Source: Spartobacteria bacterium (GTDB lineage: Bacteria; Verrucomicrobiota; Verrucomicrobiia; Chthoniobacterales; DASVRZ01). Taken from it: a stretch of DNA of 64,000 bases. A model generated the notes under the pieces. The model did no database searches. It was not told the DNA's origin and saw only the letters and a list, made by a program, of their open reading frames with translations. Where the stretch lies: assembly GCA_043758065.1 (NCBI GenBank), contig JAYVOE010000025.1, positions 6,158-70,157 of the forward strand, given 5' to 3'. Each line of letters begins with the position of its first letter. Positions within the stretch are counted from its first letter, which is position 1. A program made the translations under genes and the position numbers. Positions 44,508-53,239 of the stretch are shown piece by piece.

Positions 44508-45140
44508 ATGTCAGCCGTCGAAATTAATTCTCAACTCGTCAAACAACTCCGCGACAAAACCAACGCGGGCATGATGGATTGCAAACGCGCCCTCACCGAA
44601 GCCAATGGCGATCTCGAGCAGGCCGAAGTCGTCCTCCGCAAAAAAGGCCTCTCGCAAGCCGGCAAAAAGACTGGTCGCGCCGCCAAGGAAGGCATTGTCG
44701 CCTCTTACATTCACATGCAGGGCAAAGTCGGCGTCCTCGTTGAGATTAATTGCGAAACCGATTTCGTCGCCAAGAACGACACGTTTCGCGATTTCGTGAA
44801 AGACATCACCTTGCACATCGCCGCCGCCAGCCCAAGCTATGTGACGCGTGAGCAAGTGCCCGCCGCCTTGATCGCGAAGGAGCGCGACATTGCCGCTGGT
44901 CAGGTCAAAGGCAAGCCAGAGAACATCGTCGAGAAGATCGTGGACGGGAAGATCGAGAAATTCTACAGCACCGTCTGTTTGCTCGATCAGGCGTTCATCA
45001 AAAACCCCGATCAATCGATTGGCGACTATGTGAAAACGAAGATCGTCGAATTGGGCGAAAACATCGTCCTGCGTCGCTTCACTCGCTACACCGTGGGCGA
45101 AGATTTGGGTGAAACTCCGGTGGAAAACGCCGCGGCGTAA
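44508..45140 (+). CDS. tsf: elongation factor Ts (short form, 210 aa)
   Basis: It has the N-terminal UBA-like block VKQLRDKTNAGMMDCKRAL and the core IEINCETDFVAKN. Confidence 0.9.
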   Translation: MSAVEINSQLVKQLRDKTNAGMMDCKRALTEANGDLEQAEVVLRKKGLSQAGKKTGRAAKEGIVASYIHMQGKVGVLVEINCETDFVAKNDTFRDFVKDITLHIAAASPSYVTREQVPAALIAKERDIAAGQVKGKPENIVEKIVDGKIEKFYSTVCLLDQAFIKNPDQSIGDYVKTKIVELGENIVLRRFTRYTVGEDLGETPVENAAA

Positions 45141-45168
45141 GATTTCACTGCAACTCGAATCAAAAAAA
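45141..45168 (+). repeat. interspersed motif, long 3'-UTR form GATTTCACTGCAACTCGAATCAAAAAAA (after the tsf stop)
   Basis: Read directly. 25 of 28 positions are identical to the copy after the RRM gene. Confidence 0.85.
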
Positions 45169-45198
45169 GCCGCGACTGATAATCGCGGCTCTTTTTTT
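45162..45198. terminator. bidirectional intrinsic terminator (tsf / outer-membrane-protein gene)
   Basis: The AGCCGCGA/TCGCGGCT stem (45168-45175 / 45183-45190) is flanked by A7 upstream and T7 downstream. Confidence 0.75.
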
Positions 45199-45211
45199 GC
45201 CTGAATCGGAT

Positions 45212-45230
45212 GGAACTCCGCTCAAAAAAC
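45212..45230 (+). repeat. interspersed motif copy GGAACTCCGCTCAAAAAAC (its TCA is the complement of the OMP-gene TGA stop)
   Basis: Read directly. Confidence 0.8.
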
Positions 45231-46109
45231 GGCCTTGGCGGAGACGGCGACATAAGGCGCGCCTTTGACGCGATACTCGACGTCGATGTCGTCGTAACGG
45301 AAGTTGCGCTCGATGGACCAGCCGGCGTTGACGTTGAGCGTCATCGGTTTCCAGCCGCGGTAGGTTGCACCGATGCCCGCGCGGATCTCGTAGTAATCGA
45401 GGTGTTTATCGGGGTAATTCTGCTCGGTCTTGGCCGTGGTGTAAGTGCCGCCGGTCAGTTCGCCACCGAAGCTGAGAGTCAGATCGGAGTTCGGGGAATA
45501 TTCCACCTTGGGAGCCGTCAAGAGGGCGCGGACTTTCCAATGATCGTTCACCGTCCAGATCAAGCCGCCGGACGGCAGAATTTGATACATGCCCCATTGG
45601 TTGTAACGCGCGCCGACGACGGCGACGAGGCTGGGCGTGAGGCGATAACTGATGTAGCCGGTGATGGGAACATTGAAATAATCGCTGCCGATCTCACTGC
45701 CGTAGATTCCGGGGCTGGCGTAGAGCGACGCCGCGATGTCGCCCTCGGCGCGAAATTCCACGCCAATGTCGGCCCCGAGTTTGTGAAGCGTCGTGGGTAC
45801 CGGCGCGAGCGAGGTGCCGAAGTCGTAGCGATCGTAAAACGCATTCACGGTGAAATAAGTCGTGTCGCGGACGGGTATGGCAACGCCCGCGCTGACGTTG
45901 GCATGAAAGGCGTCCTGATCGCCAGCGGGACGGTAGCGGAAATCGCCCGTGCCGACGTAATCGGATTGAACGCGGAAATTGATCTCGGTGCGTTGCACAG
46001 ATTGCACTGGAACTGCGATCTGTTTTCCGTCATCGACGACAACGGAACCGGCGACGGCGACGGCGACTGAGGCGAGGGCGAGGGTGAAAAGTGAGGCGAG
46101 TTTGATCAT
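45222..46109 (-). CDS. outer-membrane beta-barrel (porin-like) protein
   Basis: MIKLASLFTLALASVAVAVA signal peptide from ATG 46109. It has alternating beta-strand pattern and an aromatic C-terminal residue (...SAKAVF). Confidence 0.6.
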   Translation of the reverse strand: MIKLASLFTLALASVAVAVAGSVVVDDGKQIAVPVQSVQRTEINFRVQSDYVGTGDFRYRPAGDQDAFHANVSAGVAIPVRDTTYFTVNAFYDRYDFGTSLAPVPTTLHKLGADIGVEFRAEGDIAASLYASPGIYGSEIGSDYFNVPITGYISYRLTPSLVAVVGARYNQWGMYQILPSGGLIWTVNDHWKVRALLTAPKVEYSPNSDLTLSFGGELTGGTYTTAKTEQNYPDKHLDYYEIRAGIGATYRGWKPMTLNVNAGWSIERNFRYDDIDVEYRVKGAPYVAVSAKAVF

Positions 46110-46216
46110 AATGTAAAATTGGCTAGGTGGATGATCCATCTCGTGGGACTCGGTTCATAGGATTGGTGGAGGAACGGGAAACTGGGCGGGGTTGAATGTA
46201 TTTAAGTGAGTGCGCT

Positions 46217-46690
46217 CTAACTCGAATGAAGTGCGGTGCGCTGGCGGTTGAGCCAGACTTTGCAGGCGCTTTTCATCCGAGTCAGAATGTAATAGACCGT
46301 CTGGCTGCGGACGCGGACGAGCTCGCCGCCGACGAGTTTGGGAACAAAATCGCTCTCGACTTCGAGGATTTGCTGGACAGGAACGGCTTCGAGCCCTTTG
46401 CAGAGAATGGCGGTCATGGCCTTGGTCAGTGTCTGGACTTGCGGCCCGAGGCTGATGCGAAAATGCGCACCTTGTTGTCCATCGACACGGAGAAAAACGC
46501 CCACGGTGTCGGTGCATTCCTCGTCTTTGCGCACGTCTTCGAGATCGAAGGTTTCGCCCTCGTGCGGAGCCTGGTTTTTCGCCTGATCTGCGTAGGCAAT
46601 GAGGGCGTCCACCTTTTCCTCATCGGGCAAATACTCGAAAAGCTCGATGATTTCCGTGAGTTTGGGCGGGTAGTGGTTTTCGAAGCTCAA
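46217..46690 (-). CDS. sufE: SufE-like cysteine desulfuration (sulfur acceptor) protein
   Basis: 157 aa with SufE-family blocks, including the conserved Cys context (DEECTDTVGVF). TTG start. Confidence 0.8.
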   Translation of the reverse strand: MSFENHYPPKLTEIIELFEYLPDEEKVDALIAYADQAKNQAPHEGETFDLEDVRKDEECTDTVGVFLRVDGQQGAHFRISLGPQVQTLTKAMTAILCKGLEAVPVQQILEVESDFVPKLVGGELVRVRSQTVYYILTRMKSACKVWLNRQRTALHSS

Positions 46691-46694
46691 GAGA

Positions 46695-46715
46695 CGAAAA
46701 AGTGAGGCGAGTTAG
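46695..46715 (-). repeat. interspersed motif copy (CTAACTCGCCTCACTTTTTCG on the minus strand; its TAA is the rhodanese stop, and the sufE TTG lies 4 nt beyond this span, 6 nt after the T-run)
   Basis: Read directly. Confidence 0.85.
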
Positions 46716-47569
46716 AGTCCTTTCACGATCGGCGAGCCGACTCGATTGCCCCATTCGGTCCAGGAACCGTCGTAATTGCGGACGTTTTCGTAGCCGAGCA
46801 AATAGGTGAGGACGAACCACGTGTGACTCGAACGTTCGCCAATGCGGCAGTAGGCGATGATGTCGTCATCGGACTTCAAGCCGACTCCGTCCGTGTAGAT
46901 TTTCGTGAGTTCGGCGGCGGATTTGAAGGTGCCGTCGTCGTTGGCGGCGGTTTTCCAGGGAATGCTCGCCGCGCCGGGAATGTGGCCGCCGCGCAGGACG
47001 CCTTCCTGCGGATACTCGGGCATGTGGGTGATGTCGCCCTTGAATTCGCCGGGCGAGCGGACGTCGATCAGCGGTCGGAAATTTCTGCTATGAGCGAGAG
47101 TGTCCTCGTAGAAAGCGCGGATTTTGCCGTCGAGGCGCTCGGCAGGAACGGGGTAGTTGGTCGGTGTGAGCGAGGGTTTTTCGCGGGTGATTTCGCGACC
47201 TTCGGCGATCCATTTGTCGCGACCACCATTGAGGACTTTCACGTTTTCATGGCCGAAAAGGCGGAACGCCCAGAGCGCGTAGGTGGCCCACCAATTGGAT
47301 TTGTCGCCATAGAAAACGACCGTCGTTTCCGGGGTGATGCCGTTTTTCGAGGCGACAGCGGCAAATTTCTCCGGGGAAATGTAGTCGCGAATCGTGTCGT
47401 CTTGAAGATCCGATCGCCAGTCGATGTGAACTGCGCCGGGAATGTGGCCGGTGGAATACAGGAGGACGTCTTCGTTGCTTTCGACAATGCGGATCGATGG
47501 ATCGTTCAGGTGAGCGGCCAGCCATTCGGTGCTGACGAGGGCTTCGGGATGGGCGTATTCGGTGGGCAT
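46712..47569 (-). CDS. tandem-rhodanese sulfurtransferase (thiosulfate/3-mercaptopyruvate type)
   Basis: [17 protein letters not shown]... from ATG 47569. The active-site loop is [12 protein letters not shown]. Confidence 0.85.
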   Translation of the reverse strand: MPTEYAHPEALVSTEWLAAHLNDPSIRIVESNEDVLLYSTGHIPGAVHIDWRSDLQDDTIRDYISPEKFAAVASKNGITPETTVVFYGDKSNWWATYALWAFRLFGHENVKVLNGGRDKWIAEGREITREKPSLTPTNYPVPAERLDGKIRAFYEDTLAHSRNFRPLIDVRSPGEFKGDITHMPEYPQEGVLRGGHIPGAASIPWKTAANDDGTFKSAAELTKIYTDGVGLKSDDDIIAYCRIGERSSHTWFVLTYLLGYENVRNYDGSWTEWGNRVGSPIVKGL

Positions 47570-47600
47570 AAAAAGTGAGTCGAGTGAGAGTCGAATGGTA
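47570..47600 (-). repeat. interspersed motif, long 5' form (TACCATTCGACTCTCACTCGACTCACTTTTT on the minus strand, abutting the rhodanese ATG)
   Basis: Read directly. Confidence 0.85.
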
Positions 47601-47633
47601 AGGAGAGAAACCTCCCATGCAAGCGTGGTATTT

Positions 47634-48530
47634 TTAACCTTGGATGGAGGCCAGCGCAACCGCTCCGCCGACCGCGACGAGCGCCCCGAGGATGGAAATG
47701 ACGCCCGGCTTTTCCTCGCCCGTGAAAAATTGCAGCAACATGACGATCACCGGACTGGTCGCGACGATCGCAAGGACGATGGCACTGGGTGTGGTCGAGA
47801 GGGCGTATTGATAAAATCCTACGCCGAGACATGGGCCGGCGAGTCCATTGAGCAGAATCAAGTGCCAGCCAACGGGCAGTTTTTTCATTGGAGTTACAGT
47901 GAAATGGAACGAACGCCGACGATTGACGATGAGAATGAAAATCGTGGTGACGAGGAAGCCGCCGAGCATGCGCTGGAATGCTGCGGTCCCGCCGTCGATC
48001 GCGGTGTGCGATGCGAAATTGAGGGCGTTGGCCTTGCGGCTGATGACCGCGCCGAGTCCCTGGCCGAGGGCGGAGAGAACGCCGAAGCCGACGCCGCTCC
48101 AGAAAAACCGTGGCGTGGGAATTTTTCCATTGGGGAGCAAGGCGACTGCGACTCCGCTCAAAATCAGGATGCCGCACGATCCTTCCCGGAAAGAAATTTT
48201 TTGGCCCAGCCAAAGCCACTCGGCCAGTCCGGCGACCGGTCCGGCCAGACATTGAGTGAGCAGCAGGGAAAGCCGCGGGCCGATCCGCGGAAGCGCGCCG
48301 AACAGCGCCATATCGCCAAGCCCGAAACCGACGCAACCGCTCAAAATCAGCCATTGCAATCCAACTCCGCTGAAACCTTTTCCAAAGGTGAACGACCAAA
48401 TCCCGAGCAAAGTCAGCGCCACTATGACGCGGCCCATGTTTGCCGTAAACGAACCGAAGATGCGAGCTGAACGCCCACCAAAAATAGCGGAGAACGCAAA
48501 GAGAAAAGCAGTAAGAACGGCGGAACCCAT
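47634..48530 (-). CDS. EamA/DMT-family transporter
   Basis: 298 aa with 10 TM helices in two EamA-like halves. Confidence 0.8.
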   Translation of the reverse strand: MGSAVLTAFLFAFSAIFGGRSARIFGSFTANMGRVIVALTLLGIWSFTFGKGFSGVGLQWLILSGCVGFGLGDMALFGALPRIGPRLSLLLTQCLAGPVAGLAEWLWLGQKISFREGSCGILILSGVAVALLPNGKIPTPRFFWSGVGFGVLSALGQGLGAVISRKANALNFASHTAIDGGTAAFQRMLGGFLVTTIFILIVNRRRSFHFTVTPMKKLPVGWHLILLNGLAGPCLGVGFYQYALSTTPSAIVLAIVATSPVIVMLLQFFTGEEKPGVISILGALVAVGGAVALASIQG

Positions 48531-48618
48531 GTTTGCGCCGCAATCTGTCGGAGATTGCCGCGGAACGCACTAAAGTACTTGCCAAATGGCGATTTACCGG
48601 CAAACTCATTGACACAAA

Positions 48619-48692
48619 GCGGGTATAGCTTAGTGGTAAAGTTCTAGTCTTCCAAACTAGCCATGCGGGTTCGATTCCCGCTACCCGCTCCA
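48619..48692 (+). tRNA. tRNA-Gly (anticodon UCC), CCA encoded
   Basis: I folded the cloverleaf by hand. The acceptor is GCGGGTA/TACCCGC, the anticodon stem is CTAGT/ACTAG with loop CTTCCAA, and the T-arm is GCGGG-TTCGATT-CCCGC, followed by T-CCA. 74 nt. Confidence 0.9.
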
Positions 48693-48717
48693 TTAGTTTT
48701 TAAATCACGTTCCTCAG

Positions 48718-49467
48718 ATGCTTATGAACTCACCATCTCTCGCAAAAAGCCTTCGTTCCTTGCTCGCTTTGGCGAGTCTTTTGCTCGCTTCGACCACAAT
48801 GCATGCCGCAACCGGAGATCAGTTGCTCGTAGCTGCGATGCCAGCGGCTTCTGTGAACTCCGCCAACATCAAGAGCGACGTGATTCTTCGGGCAGTGTAT
48901 CAGGCTGTCAGCGAAAATCACAAGCAAGCTCCTGATATCGTTTGTGCTGCGATGAATCGCGCTCACGGCGAAGCGGTCCATCGCGAAATCGTGCGGACTG
49001 CCATTACGGCATTGGGCAAAGATACCAAGATGGTTCCCGAAGTGGTCGCATCGGCAGTGCGCTGCTCGACATGCCGCAACGGCGACGGAAAGAGTGATGG
49101 CAAGAGCGAGTCGGATCTAGGCTGCGAATGCGCCGCGCAATTTACTCGCGTCGCCATCGAAGCCTTGGGGGCTGATCCCTCTGAACGTCTGGTCGACGAC
49201 ATCGTAATCTACGTCATCCGTGCGTTGGATGGTCGTTGCGGGGGTCGGATTGTGGACGCCGCCTCTCAATCCGCGCCGCAATATGCCAGCAGCATTGCAG
49301 ACGCGGGTGCGCGCGCCAGCCGTGGCGGTGGTTTTGATAATGCGAACGATCCGGGCGATGTCGATGGCATCGTTTTCAATCCTACCGGTCGTCCCGTGCC
49401 AGCACCCTTTGTCTTCCCGCCAGCAACAAATGGCGGTCTCGTTCCCGACACTACGCCAGTGAATTGA
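48718..49467 (+). CDS. hypothetical secreted protein (249 aa)
   Basis: It has a signal-peptide-like N-terminus (SLRSLLALASLLLASTTMHA). No family recognised. Confidence 0.5.
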   Translation: MLMNSPSLAKSLRSLLALASLLLASTTMHAATGDQLLVAAMPAASVNSANIKSDVILRAVYQAVSENHKQAPDIVCAAMNRAHGEAVHREIVRTAITALGKDTKMVPEVVASAVRCSTCRNGDGKSDGKSESDLGCECAAQFTRVAIEALGADPSERLVDDIVIYVIRALDGRCGGRIVDAASQSAPQYASSIADAGARASRGGGFDNANDPGDVDGIVFNPTGRPVPAPFVFPPATNGGLVPDTTPVN

Positions 49468-49488
49468 CTGGAACTCCCCTCACTTTCT

Positions 49489-49521
49489 AAAAAGGCGCAG
49501 ACTACACTCTGCGCCTTTTTT
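49489..49521 (+). terminator. intrinsic terminator
   Basis: The AAAAGGCGCAG/CTGCGCCTTTT stem has an 8-nt loop and is followed by a T-run. Confidence 0.75.
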
Positions 49522-49523
49522 GT

Positions 49524-50438
49524 TTGACCATGCGCCCGCCATTGATTGCTGCGATCATTGTCACTTTCCAGCGCGAGCCCGAACTCACCCGGCTCCTCCG
49601 ATCTCTGGAAGGCTCCTCATTGCGACCTGATTTAGTCGTCGTCGTGGACCATACGGCCCGGGCTTCCACGCAAGGTTTGCTCGCCAAATTTCACTTGGAA
49701 ACCCACTACATCGCCGCCCCGGAAAACCCCGGCCCCGGCGCCGGTTGGAAAAATGGGATGGAGACAGCTTTAAAACGTCTCCCGGAATTAACCCATTTTT
49801 TAATTCTCGATGACGACGTGGTGCTCCCCGTCGAAGCGGTGCGGCATTTGCATTCCGCATCGGCCAGTGCGGCGATCACTTGTCCAATGCTCTTGGACTC
49901 CGATGAAAAAATTTGGGCATTTCCAGAGCCGGTGGATCCGCCGCGAAGAGCCAACATCCGAAAAGTCCAAACGTCCCAAGACTGCGCTCAGCTTCTTGGA
50001 ACTGAGCCGCTTCCATTTCTTTGGTGCACCGGGGCGTGCGTGATGGTCCGGCGCGACGCCGTGGACGCCGTTGGGTTTCATCGTACCGATTTCTGGATGC
50101 TGGGTGAAGATTTGGAATATTCGATGCGCCTTGTCGGATTTGGCGGCGGGCTTTTTCTCCCGGACCTCTTTGTTCATCATCTCCCGCCGCCGCCAAAAGA
50201 CACCCGGCAAGCGGAAGATGCGAACCGCCGCAAGTTCGATTCATTGCTGCAAAACCTCGCCTACCTTTCCTTTCATCATCCCCACAGCGCGCACTTAAAG
50301 TCCTATCTGCCCGGCAATGCCCGTCGCTATTTCCGCACATTTGGATGGAACTCCGATGCATTTTTCACGGTTTCGAAAGCCTTTTGGCGCGGAGCGATCC
50401 TCGGGCGACCTTCAGGAACCGGAAGAAACCCTTCTTGA
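49524..50438 (+). CDS. family-2 glycosyltransferase
   Basis: AAIIVTFQREPEL...FLILDDDV (DxD) is the GT2 pattern. The start is TTG 49524 or ATG 49530. Confidence 0.7.
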   Translation: MTMRPPLIAAIIVTFQREPELTRLLRSLEGSSLRPDLVVVVDHTARASTQGLLAKFHLETHYIAAPENPGPGAGWKNGMETALKRLPELTHFLILDDDVVLPVEAVRHLHSASASAAITCPMLLDSDEKIWAFPEPVDPPRRANIRKVQTSQDCAQLLGTEPLPFLWCTGACVMVRRDAVDAVGFHRTDFWMLGEDLEYSMRLVGFGGGLFLPDLFVHHLPPPPKDTRQAEDANRRKFDSLLQNLAYLSFHHPHSAHLKSYLPGNARRYFRTFGWNSDAFFTVSKAFWRGAILGRPSGTGRNPS

Positions 50439-50492
50439 AATGCCATTCGGCACGGACGAAAGAATGGATTCCGTGAAATCGCTCCCCCAGCC

Positions 50493-52382
50493 ATGTTAAA
50501 AACCATCCCGGTCCTGGGTGTGCCGGTCGCATGCGTCGATTACGAAAGCGGGCTCGCCGAAGCCAAGCGCCTCATCCAGCTCGAAAAGCCGGCCGCTGTT
50601 TCCGCCTGCAACACGCATATTATCGCAGCGGCCCGGAAAGATTCGAGTTTCAACGATATCATTCAACATTTTGATCTGATCCTGCCAGACGGAATGCCTG
50701 TGGTCTGGATGATGAATCGCCAGGGGGCGGGATTAACCGATCGTGTTTACGGCCCGTATTTCATGCGCTACGCCTTGGTAAATGCGCCTGCGCCGTGGAA
50801 ACATTTTTTCTTTGGCTCCACCGAATCCTGCCTTGAGGAATTGGTCGCTTCCGCGAAACAACTCCAGCCAGAAATCCAGATCGCAGGAGCTTATTCGCCG
50901 CCGTTTCGGAGTTGGACGGAGGCCGACCACGAAGAGCACGCACGAGTTATCGCCAGTTCCGGCGCGGATTTTATCTGGGTCGCATTGGGAGGAGAACGCC
51001 AGGAACGTTGGATCATCGAACAGCGCTCGCGTTTCACCCGCGGCGCATTTTTTGCCGTCGGCGACGCATTCGAGCTGCTGGCGGGCCGTCGCCCCTATGC
51101 CCCGGACTGGATGCAGCAAAAAGGCCTCACTTGGGCTTACCGCCTCTATCAAGAACCCGCCCGCCTCTGGCCACGATATTTCAAGTATAACTCCCTCTTC
51201 CTGAGATATTTAATTCAGGACACATTACTCCCAAAGTCCGATCAAAAAAGCACTTTTTCCGGGAAACGGATCGCATTCCTCGGTTCACGCGGCGTTCCGG
51301 CTCGCTACGCGGGATTTGAGACGGTCGTTGACGAACTCGGTAGCCGCCTGGTCGAGCGTGGTTACGAGGTCAGCGTCTACAACCGATCCAATTACTACCC
51401 GGAAAAGCCGCCATCTCATCGGGGAATGCGACTTATTTACCTTCCTACCATCCGGATTCGCAGCGCCGAAACGATCATCCATACGCTCCTCTCGTCGTTT
51501 CACGCAATGTTCGCCCAATACGACGTCATCTACTTGTGTGGCGTGGGCAACGCTTCCCTCGCGATATTGTTGCGTTTCGGCGGGCGAAAATTGGTCATTA
51601 ATGTCGATGGAATCGACTACAAACGGCCAAAATGGAGCGGTTTCGCACGCTGGTGGCTGAGAAAAAGCGAGCGCTGGGCCATGCGACTTTGCGACCGTGT
51701 TATTGCAGACAATCTGACGGTCGTCTCCCACTACGAAAAACAGTATTCCTACAAACCGGATTATATCGCCTACGGAGCCAACGTCGACGTGCCAGAATCG
51801 CCTCTAACTGAACTCAAAAAGTGGGGTTTGGAGCCGCGAAATTACATCCTTTTTGTATCCCGACTATCGCCGGAAAATGACGCTGACCTTCTGCTGCGAG
51901 CCTATAAAAAATCGGGCGTTCAGATGCCTTTGGTGATCGTCGGTTCTCATGGTTACGAGTCGGCGTATTATGCACATCTGCAACGACTTGCGACGACGAC
52001 CATGATCTTCACTGGAGGCGTTTTTGGCGAAGGTTACAAAGCACTTAGCCAGAACTGTCAGTTCTTCGTTCTCCCAGCGGCCATCGAGGCAACGAGACTC
52101 GTTTTGCTGGATCAAATGGGATTTGGCAACGCTATTCTATTTCGTGAATCGCCCGCCACACGTGAGGTCATCGCCGAAGCAGGAGAAGTATTTGGCTCAA
52201 CGCAGGATCTAGAGACAGATTTAGCCGAGAAAATTAGTCTCCTCGCCAATGATCCCAGCCGGTGCGACCAACTCCGTGGGCTGGCTCTCGCTCGCGCCCG
52301 CGACTTCTATGCTTGGGAGCGAGTCACCGACCAATATGGAAGCCTTCTGGCGGGTCTCAGCGAACACGTAGCCGTGTCATGA
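50493..52382 (+). CDS. fusion glycosyltransferase: N-terminal WecG/TagA/CpsF (GT26) domain plus C-terminal GT4-type domain
   Basis: Residues 1-240 match the GT26 pattern (LILPDGMPVVW...VALGGERQERW). Residues 260-629 match a GT-B/GT4 pattern (FLGSRGVPARYAGFETVV... EATRLVLLDQMGFG). Confidence 0.75.
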   Translation: MLKTIPVLGVPVACVDYESGLAEAKRLIQLEKPAAVSACNTHIIAAARKDSSFNDIIQHFDLILPDGMPVVWMMNRQGAGLTDRVYGPYFMRYALVNAPAPWKHFFFGSTESCLEELVASAKQLQPEIQIAGAYSPPFRSWTEADHEEHARVIASSGADFIWVALGGERQERWIIEQRSRFTRGAFFAVGDAFELLAGRRPYAPDWMQQKGLTWAYRLYQEPARLWPRYFKYNSLFLRYLIQDTLLPKSDQKSTFSGKRIAFLGSRGVPARYAGFETVVDELGSRLVERGYEVSVYNRSNYYPEKPPSHRGMRLIYLPTIRIRSAETIIHTLLSSFHAMFAQYDVIYLCGVGNASLAILLRFGGRKLVINVDGIDYKRPKWSGFARWWLRKSERWAMRLCDRVIADNLTVVSHYEKQYSYKPDYIAYGANVDVPESPLTELKKWGLEPRNYILFVSRLSPENDADLLLRAYKKSGVQMPLVIVGSHGYESAYYAHLQRLATTTMIFTGGVFGEGYKALSQNCQFFVLPAAIEATRLVLLDQMGFGNAILFRESPATREVIAEAGEVFGSTQDLETDLAEKISLLANDPSRCDQLRGLALARARDFYAWERVTDQYGSLLAGLSEHVAVS

Positions 52383-53239
52383 CCAAGATCAGCGTCATCA
52401 CCCCAAGTTTCCGCCAAGTGGAGTGGCTGCGTTTAGCGATCAAATCCATTGCTGATCAACGGGAAAATGGATTCGAGTTAGAGCATATTGTGCAGGATTC
52501 CTGCTCGGACGACGGCACTGCCGAGTTCTTAAAATCCCAACCGGAACTTCGAGCATTTATCGAGAAAGACACTGGCATGTATGACGCTGTCAACCGCGGC
52601 CTGCGCCGGTCTACGGGCGACATCGTTTCTTATCTGAATTGCGATGAGCAATACCTCCCCGGCGCATTGGATCGAGTGGTGCAATATTTTGATCAACACC
52701 CGGAGGTCGATATGCTTTTCGCCGGACTCATTGTGGTGAATGGCCAGGGAGAATACGTCTGCAGCCGTAAAGTTTTACCGCCGCTGGAGACGCACACGCG
52801 GTTGTGCCATCTCAGCACGTTTACCTGCTCAACCTTTTTTCGGAGGCGAATCTTTGAAGAACTAGGGCTGTTTTTTGATCCGAGTTGGAGAGCAGTGGGC
52901 GACGCAGAATGGATGCTGCGCTGTCTGAAACGTCATGTCAAAATGGCGTCAATTCCTGACTTTACCTCCGTGTTTGCCGATATGGAGAGCAATCTCGGCA
53001 CCTCTGCTGAAGCAGAGCATGAGCGAAACCAATTGCGTGACTCTGGAGCCGCATGGATGCGCTCGATGACTCCGTTGGTCGCAGCACATCACCGGTTTCG
53101 ACGTTGGATTGGCGGAATTTACCGTCAGTCGCCGTTCTCTTACGCGATTTATACTCTGAAAAAGCCAGACTTCCGGACCACATTTACAGTCCCCTCGCCG
53201 ACCACCCTTTGGAAAAAGCGGTTTACCCTGTTGCGATGA
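52379..53239 (+). CDS. family-2 glycosyltransferase
   Basis: MTKISVITPSFRQVEWL...QDSCSDDGT...NCDEQY. It has an ATGA overlap with the upstream gene. Confidence 0.8.
   Translation: MTKISVITPSFRQVEWLRLAIKSIADQRENGFELEHIVQDSCSDDGTAEFLKSQPELRAFIEKDTGMYDAVNRGLRRSTGDIVSYLNCDEQYLPGALDRVVQYFDQHPEVDMLFAGLIVVNGQGEYVCSRKVLPPLETHTRLCHLSTFTCSTFFRRRIFEELGLFFDPSWRAVGDAEWMLRCLKRHVKMASIPDFTSVFADMESNLGTSAEAEHERNQLRDSGAAWMRSMTPLVAAHHRFRRWIGGIYRQSPFSYAIYTLKKPDFRTTFTVPSPTTLWKKRFTLLR

Noticed and set aside
46086-46104. A motif copy (CAAACTCGCCTCACTTTTC on the minus strand) inside the predicted OMP signal peptide raised doubt about the start call
   Set aside because: MIKLASLFTLALASVAVAVA is a good signal peptide and no better downstream start exists. 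Similar KLA-type copies occur inside other genes (6205-6220). I kept ATG 46109.
47506-48693. 395-aa minus-strand ORF and 313-aa plus-strand ORF (47529-48470) overlapping the EamA gene
   Set aside because: Both have junk composition. The minus-strand one even runs through the tRNA-Gly gene. The 298-aa EamA frame is the hydrophobic 10-TM protein.
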